Source: an uncultured Bacteroidales bacterium (GTDB taxonomy: Bacteria; Bacteroidota; Bacteroidia; Bacteroidales; FEN-979). Taken from it: 64,000 nucleotides of DNA. Positions within the stretch are counted from its first letter, which is position 1, and every line of letters begins with the position of its first letter. The stretch spans positions 975 to 64,974 of the forward strand of contig CAJAUM010000115.1 of the NCBI GenBank assembly GCA_903945175.1, written 5' to 3'. Positions 1 to 9,789 of this stretch are shown in pieces. A program made the position numbers and the translations under genes. The notes under the pieces were generated by a model. That model ran no database searches. It saw nothing but the letters and a program-made list of their open reading frames with translations, and had not been told where the DNA came from.

Positions 1-245
1 TGTGTCCGGCTTTTCCGTCTGGCATACTTACTATGTTCACCGAAATGTTATTATATTTTGCATTATCTGGATTATTTCCATGCCGTATCTGAAAAAATTC
101 AAAATATATAATTTCTGTGTGTTAATGATGATGCCATGTGTTATAAACTATCTTGTATTCAGCTCAATCCAGGCAGATAATTTTACGACAGGATCTGTTT
201 GGTTATTTGTACTGTTACTTGCCACACATGAAATATATCTCTATC

Positions 246-2246
246 TCACTTCGTCAGGAAAATTTGCATCTCATCCATATAAAATACCTGCTTATCCGGA
301 TTCCAGACGTATATTTTTATTACATCTTCCGGAGATTGAAATTCAGGTAACCGTGCACTAAGAAAAACCCTGTTCCATTCGTTTTGCTTAAATTTCTGAC
401 CATTCAGATTTAATGAAATATAGCTGTATGACTCATTGTTATGTTCAACTGACATAACCAATAAAGAATTTGAGGGCTTTAAGGGCTTTAAAAGATAAAC
501 ATACAGAACTACATCAATTCCCTTAGCCTCAATTACCTGTCCGGAAGAATCACGCTGCTTAATCTGCAGATCCTTAACCTGCTGGGAAAAGCCGGGACTG
601 AACGTCGTTTTCTCATCCATCCTGAATGAGAATTTTCCATGATGTACTGTATCTTTTGACAACAACAAGGTATTCCCGACATCTGTGGACTGATCAAATG
701 AGTTCAACAACAGTGTTTTAAGCCTGTGTTCAGCTACCAGGGCATCATTCAATGAATCCCGGATGGCATAATTATCATACCTGGGATTGCCACTACACGT
801 AATAAATACCATACAGCAATATGATTTTTCACCAGAGGGAATGGCCATGTTGCTTGGATAAAAGGATTTTATCAGCTTCATGCGGGGATGGCTGAAAATG
901 GAATCTAAAGGGATTTTGGATTCGTTGTTGCCAAAACGGGATTCCCACAGTACGACTGACCCTTCATCAATGATGTTGAGCCAGACACATTCGTATATCA
1001 ACTTCCCTTTTGGCGGATTATTGAAAAAGGGATTGATCCCCAGCACATAAGGTGTTGTTAAATCGGTAAAAAATTGTAGGTTATTGACATAGGGAGAATC
1101 TTTCACCCACCGGGAGGCACGAAAAATTGTCTCCTCCTCCGATGACTGCTGATAAGGAATTGGATAGAGACGGAAAGATGAATAAATAACCAGAAGGACA
1201 AACACCCCTGAGATAATATTTCGTAGAAGTTTCGATATTCTTAAATACTGGAATAATGCAGCCAAACCCTTAAGGGATATGATCACGGCCAACGGAGTCA
1301 CACCGGCCATAACCCTTGTAAGGCCGACCGATGCTCCCAATGCCTGCCAGTAGAGAAACGAGTGCAGGGAAAGATAAAAAAGAAAAGGAAACAACGACAA
1401 TAAGCATAGGATCACTGAACTATTCCTAAGCGTGCGATCCCTTGAAAATATTTCTTTTAATACCTGCAGCGTACCTATTATAAACAATATGGCAAGCGGA
1501 AGTCCTATTATTTCATCATAATATTTTACAAAATGGAACAGTTCGCCATGTATGTTATACAACCCATGGTGAACCTGATAGGGGAATTGAGTAAAAACCC
1601 AAAAAAAGTCTTTATAATGATACCAGCCAACCAGGCTGAAAAAAAGTGTGCCCATTGCCAGCAATGGGATTGGTTTATATTTCTTTACATACAGCAGGGC
1701 CAGGAAATAGAAGAATAAAATGAAAAACCCTTCACTTCGGGCAAACGGGAGGAATGATATTACAATTGCTGAAGCATAATAATGGCCGCTTAAGAACAAA
1801 TAGCAGGAGAAAACCAGTACAAAGCTGAAAAGAATTTCTGTAAGCGCAGTGGGCATCATGATAAAATACATCGGAGTAAAACAGACAAAGATGATCACTG
1901 GCAGGGCTGGATGGATATTCAGGAGCTTTGCAATCCTATAACAATAATAGGCAGTTGCCATGCCAAGCAACACATTGAGCATTTGAACCCATTTGAATCC
2001 TAGTTGGGCGAATGGTGCACTCAAGGCGGTATATAGCGGTCTGGCCCAGGGATAAATGAAAAATTCGGGCATTTGAAAAGCCCATTTTGAGTACAGAAAA
2101 TGAGTTATGTTTTCTGTAGAACCATAATAACCAGCAGAGAAAAAGTAGTATAGAACGACAAGGATAAAAATGATGCAAAGAACACTCCAGTGGGCATATT
2201 TGGCAAAATAATTTTTCATGGCGATTGTGTATTTGTTATGTTCCAT
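246..2246 (-). CDS. Polytopic membrane protein, ArnT/PMT-like (GT-C type) glycosyltransferase candidate with a C-terminal soluble domain
   Basis: 666-aa ORF. The N-terminal ~400 aa is a series of hydrophobic helices (WSVLCIIFILVVLYYFF, ILFSFVLVFSCYLFL, etc.), followed by a ~260-aa hydrophilic tail. The family call is by resemblance only. Confidence 0.45.
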   Translation of the reverse strand: MEHNKYTIAMKNYFAKYAHWSVLCIIFILVVLYYFFSAGYYGSTENITHFLYSKWAFQMPEFFIYPWARPLYTALSAPFAQLGFKWVQMLNVLLGMATAYYCYRIAKLLNIHPALPVIIFVCFTPMYFIMMPTALTEILFSFVLVFSCYLFLSGHYYASAIVISFLPFARSEGFFILFFYFLALLYVKKYKPIPLLAMGTLFFSLVGWYHYKDFFWVFTQFPYQVHHGLYNIHGELFHFVKYYDEIIGLPLAILFIIGTLQVLKEIFSRDRTLRNSSVILCLLSLFPFLFYLSLHSFLYWQALGASVGLTRVMAGVTPLAVIISLKGLAALFQYLRISKLLRNIISGVFVLLVIYSSFRLYPIPYQQSSEEETIFRASRWVKDSPYVNNLQFFTDLTTPYVLGINPFFNNPPKGKLIYECVWLNIIDEGSVVLWESRFGNNESKIPLDSIFSHPRMKLIKSFYPSNMAIPSGEKSYCCMVFITCSGNPRYDNYAIRDSLNDALVAEHRLKTLLLNSFDQSTDVGNTLLLSKDTVHHGKFSFRMDEKTTFSPGFSQQVKDLQIKQRDSSGQVIEAKGIDVVLYVYLLKPLKPSNSLLVMSVEHNNESYSYISLNLNGQKFKQNEWNRVFLSARLPEFQSPEDVIKIYVWNPDKQVFYMDEMQIFLTK

Positions 2247-2350
2247 GGGTGGATAACATGCAAAAGTAATACTAAATCCTGAAGCACGGGGTGTTTTCTA
2301 AAATGCTACAGTGGAAACTCTGTAAGGGGCAGAAAAAAAGTAAGATGGAT

Positions 2351-3061
2351 CTATTGAATTGCACTTTGATTCATCACAGGCGCTCCGGCGCTGACAAGGT
2401 AGATCCGGTTGGTGTTTAAACAGATACACCGGTAACGGGTTCTCACCTTCTCCTTTTTTTGGAAAATTCTTCTGCCGTGGAGGGTGAAAACGGCATCAAA
2501 CGGGAGTTCTTCGAGCCGCATGGTGGTGTCGGGGGGATCGTAATTTTTCAACGCTTTCGACAGGTGATGATCGGCCGAGGAGGAGGCCCTTGGGTTTTCA
2601 AGGTATTGGATCAGCACGGGAAGGATATCGGAAGGAAACACCCCGCTGTTCAAATAGGGCTGCATCAAACGGCGAAAGGCTGCTTTCCACTCTTTTCCGT
2701 GGGGAAGAGGCCTGGATTTGCGGCGCAGACTGAACCTCTTCAGCATCCGGCTGTGCTCGAGTGTAACATGGTGGTGCGCCAGTTCATGCACCAGGGTGAT
2801 CAGAAAGGCATAGCGATTCAGGGTTCCGTTGATGGTGATGCGTGCGGGATTGTTCTTGTGAGGCGCCCGGAAATCGCCGGTTTTTGAAGTGCGGTGGTTT
2901 ACCACCTTCAGGTTGATCGGATTTTCCTGTATTTGTGAAACCATAAACTCCACTGCAGCTTCCGGAAGACGCGTACCGAGAACCGACCTGATTTTTTCCC
3001 CGAATGGGGCGTGAGCAGGTTTGACGATGGGTGGTTTTGACTGGAAGAGGGAGAGTTGCAC
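2351..3061 (-). CDS. SprT-like zinc-metalloprotease domain protein
   Basis: 236-aa ORF with an HExxH motif in the context LITLVHELAHHHV and an SprT-like layout. Confidence 0.55.
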   Translation of the reverse strand: MQLSLFQSKPPIVKPAHAPFGEKIRSVLGTRLPEAAVEFMVSQIQENPINLKVVNHRTSKTGDFRAPHKNNPARITINGTLNRYAFLITLVHELAHHHVTLEHSRMLKRFSLRRKSRPLPHGKEWKAAFRRLMQPYLNSGVFPSDILPVLIQYLENPRASSSADHHLSKALKNYDPPDTTMRLEELPFDAVFTLHGRRIFQKKEKVRTRYRCICLNTNRIYLVSAGAPVMNQSAIQ

Positions 3062-3076
3062 CTAAATAAGCTCAAA

Positions 3077-3283
3077 CTATGCTACTTCATATTCTAATTT
3101 CATCGGTTGAGGCATTTTTTTCGAAGCGTTAAGTACCTCGATCCCAATGATATTTCCAGAGTCGTTATAGTCAATGATGATTCCAGGCTTGTCTTCATCA
3201 CTCTCACCTATTTTTTCATCAGAAAACTGGATGTAGAGAACATCAACCGCTTTATCATATTTTACTTTCATAATACTTTTCAA
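3077..3283 (-). CDS. DUF2283-family small protein (putative antitoxin partner)
   Basis: 68 aa. VDVLYIQFSDEKIGESDE...GIIIDYNDSGNIIGIEVLNASKK is typical of DUF2283. It overlaps the 3' end of the upstream DUF4258 gene. The start may be the internal Met at 3271. Confidence 0.6.
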   Translation of the reverse strand: MKSIMKVKYDKAVDVLYIQFSDEKIGESDEDKPGIIIDYNDSGNIIGIEVLNASKKMPQPMKLEYEVA

Positions 3284-3515
3284 TTTTTGAAGTTCTATAA
3301 ACCGTTATAACAAGAGGAGGAATTTTATCAATATTTACAAATACCCTGATTAAGAATCTTTGCTCCTGCGAATCTTTAATAATACTTTGAAAAACTATCA
3401 GATTATCCTGTTCAACTGTTTGGTCAGGCACTGAAAGAATGCCTTCAACGGTTTCACGGGAAATATCTCTTATTCCCATTTGGTTTAATGCATGTTGTGA
3501 CAATTGATAAATCAT
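3255..3515 (-). CDS. DUF4258-family small protein (putative toxin partner)
   Basis: 86-aa ORF directly upstream of and overlapping the DUF2283 ORF. Size and the HALNQMGIRDISRETVEGIL start resemble DUF4258. Confidence 0.55.
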   Translation of the reverse strand: MIYQLSQHALNQMGIRDISRETVEGILSVPDQTVEQDNLIVFQSIIKDSQEQRFLIRVFVNIDKIPPLVITVYRTSKIEKYYESKI

Positions 3516-3763
3516 CTGCTTGACAAGTTTCCATTACAAAGGTAAATAATTAGGCGAAGACATATTTCGTGCAATTGAGATTAGATCATTTAAACTTCGG
3601 GCAATCACACCCCCTGGGTTGAGATGTACGATGAGAGGGATATCGCGTTGAACTGCACGACCCGGCAAGCAACAGCAGGACGACAGGAACAACCAGTAAA
3701 ATCAACCTTAATCGTAAAAGTCTCATGTTTCCCATTCCCCTCTATAAATTTACAAATATTTGT

Positions 3764-3783
3764 GTCACGCGTCACGCGTCACG
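3764..3783 (+). repeat. Heptamer tandem array (GTCACGC) x ~3, intergenic
   Basis: gtcacgc gtcacgc gtcacg read directly, 60 nt upstream of the mlaE start. Confidence 0.9.
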
Positions 3784-3842
3784 TTTTATTCCATCATCAA
3801 ACGCATATTCACCGAAATTTGGTATTTTAGCAAAAAGATTTT

Positions 3843-4586
3843 ATGCTGAAGATATTTTCAACCACCGGAGAGTATGTGCTTTTGATGCGGAAGGTCTTCA
3901 GCCGTCCGCAGAAACGCAGGATCTTCTGGAACCAGCTGATGACCGAAATCAACAGCCTGGGGTTGGAATCGCTGGGAATCGTTGCCTTTATCTCCGCCTT
4001 CATGGGAGCGGTAGTGGCCATTCAAACAGCCTACAACATCACCAGCCCCCTCATTCCCATGTCGATGGTTGGTTTTACCGTGCGCCAGAGCGTCATCCTC
4101 GAATTTTCTCCTACAGTGATCTCCCTGATCCTGGCCGGAAAGGTCGGATCAAGGATCGCCTCCGAGATTGGGACCATGCGGGTGACCGAGCAGATCGATG
4201 CGCTTGAAATCATGGGGGTGAATTCTGCCAACTTCCTTATTTTTCCAAAAATCGTTGCCTCCATGCTGATCAACCCGGTGCTGATCGTTTTCAGCATGTG
4301 GATGGGCATCCTGGGCGGCTGGCTGGCCATGGTTGCTACGGGGCTGGTCTCTACAAATGATTTTGTACAGGGAATCAGGATCGATTTTTTGGGATACACG
4401 ATATTTTATGCGCTGACCAAGACGGTGTTTTTTGCCTTTCTCATCTCCTCCATCTCGGGATTTTTTGGCTATATCACCCAGGGAGGCGCCCTGGAAGTTG
4501 GCCAGGCCAGCACAAAAGCAGTCGTTTTCAGCAGCGTCATGATCATCCTTTTCAACCTGGTATTAACACAACTTCTGCTCACATGA
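3843..4586 (+). CDS. mlaE: MlaE-family ABC transporter permease
   Basis: 247-aa multi-TM ORF (GIVAFISAFMGAVVAIQT..., EQIDALEIMGVN). Its stop overlaps the start of the following ATPase gene. Confidence 0.8.
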   Translation: MLKIFSTTGEYVLLMRKVFSRPQKRRIFWNQLMTEINSLGLESLGIVAFISAFMGAVVAIQTAYNITSPLIPMSMVGFTVRQSVILEFSPTVISLILAGKVGSRIASEIGTMRVTEQIDALEIMGVNSANFLIFPKIVASMLINPVLIVFSMWMGILGGWLAMVATGLVSTNDFVQGIRIDFLGYTIFYALTKTVFFAFLISSISGFFGYITQGGALEVGQASTKAVVFSSVMIILFNLVLTQLLLT

Positions 4587-5329
4587 TCGAGGCCCGGAAC
4601 ATCAGCAAGACCTTTGGCGAACATCGTGTGCTGAAGGATGTTTCCTGCTCTTTCGAGAAGGGGAAAACAAATCTGATCATCGGGCAGAGCGGCTCGGGAA
4701 AAACGGTGCTGATGAAGTGCCTCGTCGGGTTGTTCGAAGTCGATAGCGGCATCGTTGCCTACGACGACCGCAATTTCACCACCATGAACTTTGAGCAGCG
4801 AAAAACCCTCCGGCAGGAGATTGGCATGCTGTTCCAGGGCGGCGCCCTCTTTGATTACCTGGATGTTGAAGGGAATATCATGTTTCCGCTGAATATGTTT
4901 ACCAGACAATCGCATGAAGAAAAACTCGAACGGGTCAATTTCGTGCTGAAGCGCGTCAACCTTGAGAATGTCAACAAACTGATGCCCTCCGAACTCAGCG
5001 GGGGCATGCGCAAACGGGTGGCCATTGCCCGGGCCATTTCAATGAAGCCACAATACCTGTTCTGTGATGAGCCCAATTCAGGACTTGATCCGCAAACCTC
5101 AGGAGTGATCGACCGCCTCATCCAGGAAATTACCATGGAGTACAACATCACGACCATCGTCAATACCCATGACATGAATTCGGTTCTTGGCATCGGCGAC
5201 AGCGTGGCCTTTATTTTCCAGGGCGAACTGTGGTGGAAGGGAGATAAAGAGACCATCCTGCATACCCAAAACCCTGAACTGAATGAATTTGTCTTCGGAA
5301 CAGAATTGACCTCCAGGTTAAAACGATAA
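4583..5329 (+). CDS. mlaF: ABC transporter ATP-binding protein (MlaF-like)
   Basis: Walker A GQSGSGKT, ABC signature LSGGMRKR, Walker B LFCDEP. Confidence 0.85.
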   Translation: MIEARNISKTFGEHRVLKDVSCSFEKGKTNLIIGQSGSGKTVLMKCLVGLFEVDSGIVAYDDRNFTTMNFEQRKTLRQEIGMLFQGGALFDYLDVEGNIMFPLNMFTRQSHEEKLERVNFVLKRVNLENVNKLMPSELSGGMRKRVAIARAISMKPQYLFCDEPNSGLDPQTSGVIDRLIQEITMEYNITTIVNTHDMNSVLGIGDSVAFIFQGELWWKGDKETILHTQNPELNEFVFGTELTSRLKR

Positions 5330-5339
5330 TTCAACCGCC

Positions 5340-5843
5340 ATGAATTTTATTGATTATATCATACTCATCCTTGCCGTGGCCTTCATAATCGACGGCTACC
5401 GCAATGGGATCATCATCAGCCTGGCCAGTATTGCGGCGCTGATCCTGGGAATTTATATCGCCGTCCATTTTTCAAATTACCTCGATGCCACGCTCATCGA
5501 ACATGTGAATCCATCGAAAAAATGGCTGCCCATCCTCTCTTTCTGCATCACCTTCTTGTTGGTTGTGATTGCGATCATCGTGGTGGCCAAACTCATGGAA
5601 AAGCTGGTTGATGTGGTGGGCATGGGGTTCTTAAACCATCTTGGCGGCGCTGCACTCGGACTGGTAAAGGGAATCATCCTGGTAAGCATTCTGCTGTTTA
5701 TAGCCACCAGTTTTGATCCCAAGGGAAAATGGCTCACCCATGAAGATAAAAAGGAATCCTATTTTTATAAATCCGTTTCAGAGGTTTTTCCCAAACTGAT
5801 GAAGACCTTTGGCGGGGAGATCAAATTCCCGAACTGGAACTGA
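5340..5843 (+). CDS. cvpA: CvpA-family membrane protein
   Basis: 167 aa with four hydrophobic helices and a start of MNFIDYIILILAVAFIIDGYRNG, typical of CvpA. Confidence 0.7.
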   Translation: MNFIDYIILILAVAFIIDGYRNGIIISLASIAALILGIYIAVHFSNYLDATLIEHVNPSKKWLPILSFCITFLLVVIAIIVVAKLMEKLVDVVGMGFLNHLGGAALGLVKGIILVSILLFIATSFDPKGKWLTHEDKKESYFYKSVSEVFPKLMKTFGGEIKFPNWN

Positions 5844-5853
5844 ATACCAAAAA

Positions 5854-6939
5854 ATGCAATCAACTGCACTGCCCCGGCTGCTGATCGATGTATATAAAAC
5901 CAGGAATTTAAATTCGGGAATCGGCCGGTTTTCGGTCAATTTTGCGGAGACCATCTCAAAAAACAGCAACACGGGCTACGCCATTGATTTTTTATGTCCG
6001 CGAAATTTTCCTGCCGGGGATTGGGGGCATGTCCATTTACAGAAGGTCAATTTCCAGAAACGGTATTTACCATGGTTTAACAAAACCTACGATATATGGC
6101 ATTCGCTATATCAGTTTCCATCGCATATTCCAAACCGATGCTCAAAATGGATCCTGACCATACACGACCTGAATTTCATGATGGAGAAAGATAAATGGAG
6201 ATCAACCCGCTACCTCAGCACACTTCAGGATAACGTGAACAAGGCTGCTGCCATATCGGTAATCTCTGATTACACCCGGGCGCAGGTTCTGGAACATCTC
6301 GATGTAAAAGATAAACCACTGTACCGGATTTATAACGGGATCAGCGTGAACACATTCCCCGACGCCGGGCAACCCCCCTTTCTGACCAACGACAAATTCT
6401 TCTTCACCATTGGAATAATCACGGCCAAAAAAAATTTTCATGTACTTGTGCCCCTGTTACAAAAATTTCCCGGCTATGACCTTGTTATTGCCGGGGAGAA
6501 TGATTCGGCCTACGCGAAAGGGATCCTTGCATTGGTCGATGAATTAAAACTGACCGGGCGGGTACATTTTCCCGGAAAAATTTCGGAAAAGAACAAATAT
6601 TGGTTGTATTCCCATTGCCGCGCTTTTTTGTTTCCATCGCTGGCCGAGGGATTCGGGATGCCGGTGATTGAAGCCATGCTGTTAGGAAAGCCGGTTTTCA
6701 CCAGCACCTTTGCTTCACTGCCCGAGATCGGAGATAAATATGCATTTTACTGGCAGAATTTTGATCCGGACCACATGGCAGAGGTGTTGAAAGAGGGATT
6801 GTCGGCCAGTGATCGGCAAAAGGAGGAATTTTCAACCGCAATGGTTGGTTATGCTCAGAAATTTAACTGGAGCACATGTATTGACAATTACCTTACAATG
6901 TACCGGCAGGTAACAGGGCTCAATGGTGTTACTCCATGA
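5854..6939 (+). CDS. Glycosyltransferase family 4 (GT-B)
   Basis: C-terminal EGFGMPVIEAM motif. The start was moved to the ATG at 5854 to avoid overlap with cvpA. Confidence 0.75.
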   Translation: MQSTALPRLLIDVYKTRNLNSGIGRFSVNFAETISKNSNTGYAIDFLCPRNFPAGDWGHVHLQKVNFQKRYLPWFNKTYDIWHSLYQFPSHIPNRCSKWILTIHDLNFMMEKDKWRSTRYLSTLQDNVNKAAAISVISDYTRAQVLEHLDVKDKPLYRIYNGISVNTFPDAGQPPFLTNDKFFFTIGIITAKKNFHVLVPLLQKFPGYDLVIAGENDSAYAKGILALVDELKLTGRVHFPGKISEKNKYWLYSHCRAFLFPSLAEGFGMPVIEAMLLGKPVFTSTFASLPEIGDKYAFYWQNFDPDHMAEVLKEGLSASDRQKEEFSTAMVGYAQKFNWSTCIDNYLTMYRQVTGLNGVTP

Positions 6940-8119
6940 TCGCCCTGATGCCCGGGAGTTGCTTGCCTTCGATGTATTCAAGCATGGCACCGCCGCCTGT
7001 TGACACATAGCTTACCTTGTCGGCCAGGCCGTATTTATTGATGGCTGCCACGGAATCGCCACCGCCCACGAGTGTAAAAGCGCCATTTTCAGTAGCTTTC
7101 ACCAGCGCCAGGGCGATAAATTTCGTTCCCGCTTCATAGTTGTTCATTTCAAAAACACCCATGGGGCCATTCCACAGGATGGTTCCCGATTGTTCGATCA
7201 CATGGTTGAATTTTACACAGGAGGAGGGTCCGATGTCGAGGCCCATCCAGGGTATCTGGATCTCATAGGCGCTGCTCGTCCGTTTATTGGCATCATTTGA
7301 AAAGGCATCGGCCAAAACTGCATCCGCAGGAATGTAAAGGTTGATGCCTTTTGTTTTGGCATTTTCCACAATATTTTTTGCCATTTCCACATAATCCTCC
7401 TCGACCATCGAGGCCCCGATTTCTCCGCCCAGGGCTTTGATGAAGGTAAACATCATGCCGCCGCCGATGATCAGGTTGTCGACCTTGTCCATCAGATGGT
7501 TGATGATCTCGATCTTGGTCGATACCTTGGCGCCGCCTAAAATGGCTGTAAAGGGTCGTTTGCCGTCCTTCAGGCATTTGTCGATGTTGATGATCTCGTT
7601 GGCCATGACATAGCCGAACATTTTTGTTTCAGGAAAAAATTCAGCGATTACGGCCGTTGAGGCGTGGGCACGGTGTGCCGTACCAAAGGCATCGTTCACG
7701 TACATGTCGCCTAACAGGGATAACTTCCTTGCAAATTCTTTATCGCCCTTTTCCTCCTCCTTGTAAAAACGGAGGTTTTCGAGCAGCAAAACATCACCGG
7801 GTTTCAGGGATGCGGAAAGGTCCAATGCAGACTGGCCGATACAATCGTCGGCAAATTTGACGGGCCGGTTCAGCTTTTTAGTCAGATAGGGGAGAAGGTG
7901 TTTAAGAGAATATTTTTCTTCCGGCCCTCCTTTGGGACGGCCCAGATGTGACATCAGGATCACCGATCCGCCATCGTTCAGGATCCGGGTGATGGTAGGA
8001 ATGGTGGCATCAATGCGGGTGGTGTCGGTGATTTGATACTGACCATCCAGGGGAACATTGAAATCGACACGGATAAGCGCTTTTTTATTCTGAAAACTGA
8101 AATTATCAATCGTTCGCAT
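6929..8119 (-). CDS. pgk: Phosphoglycerate kinase
   Basis: 396 aa with RVDFNVPL, MSHLGRPKG and STGGGA(M)LE motifs. Confidence 0.95.
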   Translation of the reverse strand: MRTIDNFSFQNKKALIRVDFNVPLDGQYQITDTTRIDATIPTITRILNDGGSVILMSHLGRPKGGPEEKYSLKHLLPYLTKKLNRPVKFADDCIGQSALDLSASLKPGDVLLLENLRFYKEEEKGDKEFARKLSLLGDMYVNDAFGTAHRAHASTAVIAEFFPETKMFGYVMANEIINIDKCLKDGKRPFTAILGGAKVSTKIEIINHLMDKVDNLIIGGGMMFTFIKALGGEIGASMVEEDYVEMAKNIVENAKTKGINLYIPADAVLADAFSNDANKRTSSAYEIQIPWMGLDIGPSSCVKFNHVIEQSGTILWNGPMGVFEMNNYEAGTKFIALALVKATENGAFTLVGGGDSVAAINKYGLADKVSYVSTGGGAMLEYIEGKQLPGIRAIME

Positions 8120-8145
8120 AACATTGTTTATTTATAGAATGTGCG

Positions 8146-8153
8146 CAAAAATA
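8146..8153 (-). promoter_or_regulatory. Bacteroidota-type -7 promoter element (TATTTTTG on minus strand) for pgk
   Basis: Matches TAnnTTTG, 26 nt upstream of the pgk ATG. It lies inside the palindrome at 8141-8167. Confidence 0.4.
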
Positions 8154-8214
8154 AAAATTTTGCACACGTCAACGCAGATATTTTTAATTTTACCTTGATT
8201 TTAAGACTAAAAAA

Positions 8215-9015
8215 ATGGAGGATCTCAGGCTTACCCTCATACAAACAAACCTTTTCTGGGAGGATCGGGATAAGAATCTCAATCACTTCGACCATTTGCT
8301 CGACCGCATCGATGAACAAACCGATTTAATTCTTCTTCCTGAAACCTTCAATACAGGCTTCTCTATCAATCCTTCGGCATGTGCTGAGCCTATGGAGGGG
8401 CCATCCATGCAGTTTCTCCGGAACAAATCACACGATAAAAAGGCGGTGATCATGGCCACCTTGCTTATCAGCGAAGGAGGTGAAACCTTTAACCGGCTGA
8501 TATGCATCCATCCGGACGGACATTACGAAACCTACGATAAAAGACACCTTTTCCGATTGAGCGAAGAGTATCAGATTTTTAAAGCCGGACACAGTCAGCT
8601 CATATTCGAAGTGCAGGGTTGGAAAATTTCACCGATTATCTGTTATGACCTGCGTTTCCCGGTATGGAGCAAGAACACCTGGCGCGATGGGAAATATGGG
8701 TATGACCTGCTGGTATGCCTGGCCAACTGGCCTGCATCGCGTGCCCATGTGTGGAAGACCTTGCTGGTGGCCAGGGCCATGGAAAACCAGGCTTACGTAG
8801 CGGGGGTAAACCGCATCGGAAATGACGGACATGGTACACCGCATTCGGGAGATACAAGGGTCATCGATGCCAAGGGAAATGTGCTGTTCGCGGCCACCGA
8901 AGGCAGAGAAGAGATGATGACCCTCACCCTTTCGGCACAGGATCTGACCATTTTTCGTGAATCGTTTACTGTTGGAATGGACTGGGACCACTTTTCAATC
9001 AACCCCAATAATTAG
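8215..9015 (+). CDS. Carbon-nitrogen hydrolase (nitrilase superfamily, omega-amidase-like)
   Basis: Candidate E-K-C triad in typical contexts: LPETF, YDKRHLF, ICYDLRFP. Confidence 0.8.
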   Translation: MEDLRLTLIQTNLFWEDRDKNLNHFDHLLDRIDEQTDLILLPETFNTGFSINPSACAEPMEGPSMQFLRNKSHDKKAVIMATLLISEGGETFNRLICIHPDGHYETYDKRHLFRLSEEYQIFKAGHSQLIFEVQGWKISPIICYDLRFPVWSKNTWRDGKYGYDLLVCLANWPASRAHVWKTLLVARAMENQAYVAGVNRIGNDGHGTPHSGDTRVIDAKGNVLFAATEGREEMMTLTLSAQDLTIFRESFTVGMDWDHFSINPNN

Positions 9016-9018
9016 CCC

Positions 9019-9789
9019 ATGCTTAGACTATCGGTGGTCATCATTACACATAACGAAGAGCATAATGTGCTTCGTTGTCTTGAATCGGTGAAACCGGTGG
9101 CAGATGAAATCGTCGTGGTCGATTCCATGTCGGCCGACCGCACAGCAAGTTTATGCAGGGAGTTTGGTTGCAAAGTTTTTCTGCGCGAATTTGATGGATA
9201 TGGAACACAAAAGCAATTTGCCGTAGACCAGGCCTCCAACGATTGGATTTTATCGGTTGATGCCGATGAAATTCTTTCCGAAGAGTTACAAAATGAGATA
9301 AACCTTCTCTTCCGGCACAATCCGCATCCCGGAGTCCGGATTCCGCAATCGGCTTACAACATTCCTTTCAGCCTCTGTTTCATGGGACGGATTCTCAGGC
9401 ATGGCAGCGTTGGGAAGGAGGTTCACCTGCGGCTTTTCAACAGGACCCTGGGCAGATTTACCAGGGTTCCGGTGCACGAAGGGATAGAGGTGACAGGTTC
9501 AACCGGCACCCTGAAGGGGCGCATTATCCACTACTCCTATCGGGATATCAGCCATCACCTGGAAAAGATCAACACCTATACTTCGCAGGCTGCAGAAGGG
9601 TACCATGACAGGGGACGCACCTTCTCCAAATTCATGGTTGCGCTGAAATTTCCCACCGGTTTTATTTCGAATTATTTTTTCAGACTTGGCTTTCTTGATG
9701 GTTACCCGGGATTTATGTGGTCATTCCTGGCAGCCGTGTATTCCACCTTAAAAGTCGCCAAGACCATTGAATTGACAAAGAAATCATGA
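9019..9789 (+). CDS. Glycosyltransferase family 2
   Basis: LSVVIITHNEE N-terminus, VVVDSMSADRT, and a DxD-like SVDADE. Confidence 0.8.
   Translation: MLRLSVVIITHNEEHNVLRCLESVKPVADEIVVVDSMSADRTASLCREFGCKVFLREFDGYGTQKQFAVDQASNDWILSVDADEILSEELQNEINLLFRHNPHPGVRIPQSAYNIPFSLCFMGRILRHGSVGKEVHLRLFNRTLGRFTRVPVHEGIEVTGSTGTLKGRIIHYSYRDISHHLEKINTYTSQAAEGYHDRGRTFSKFMVALKFPTGFISNYFFRLGFLDGYPGFMWSFLAAVYSTLKVAKTIELTKKS

Noticed and set aside
2-361. Edge ORFs 2-361 and 153-350 on the plus strand
   Set aside because: Their composition is implausible (Cys/Tyr/Ile-rich, no motifs), and they overlap the 3' end of the 666-aa minus-strand gene. I treat 1-245 as unassigned.
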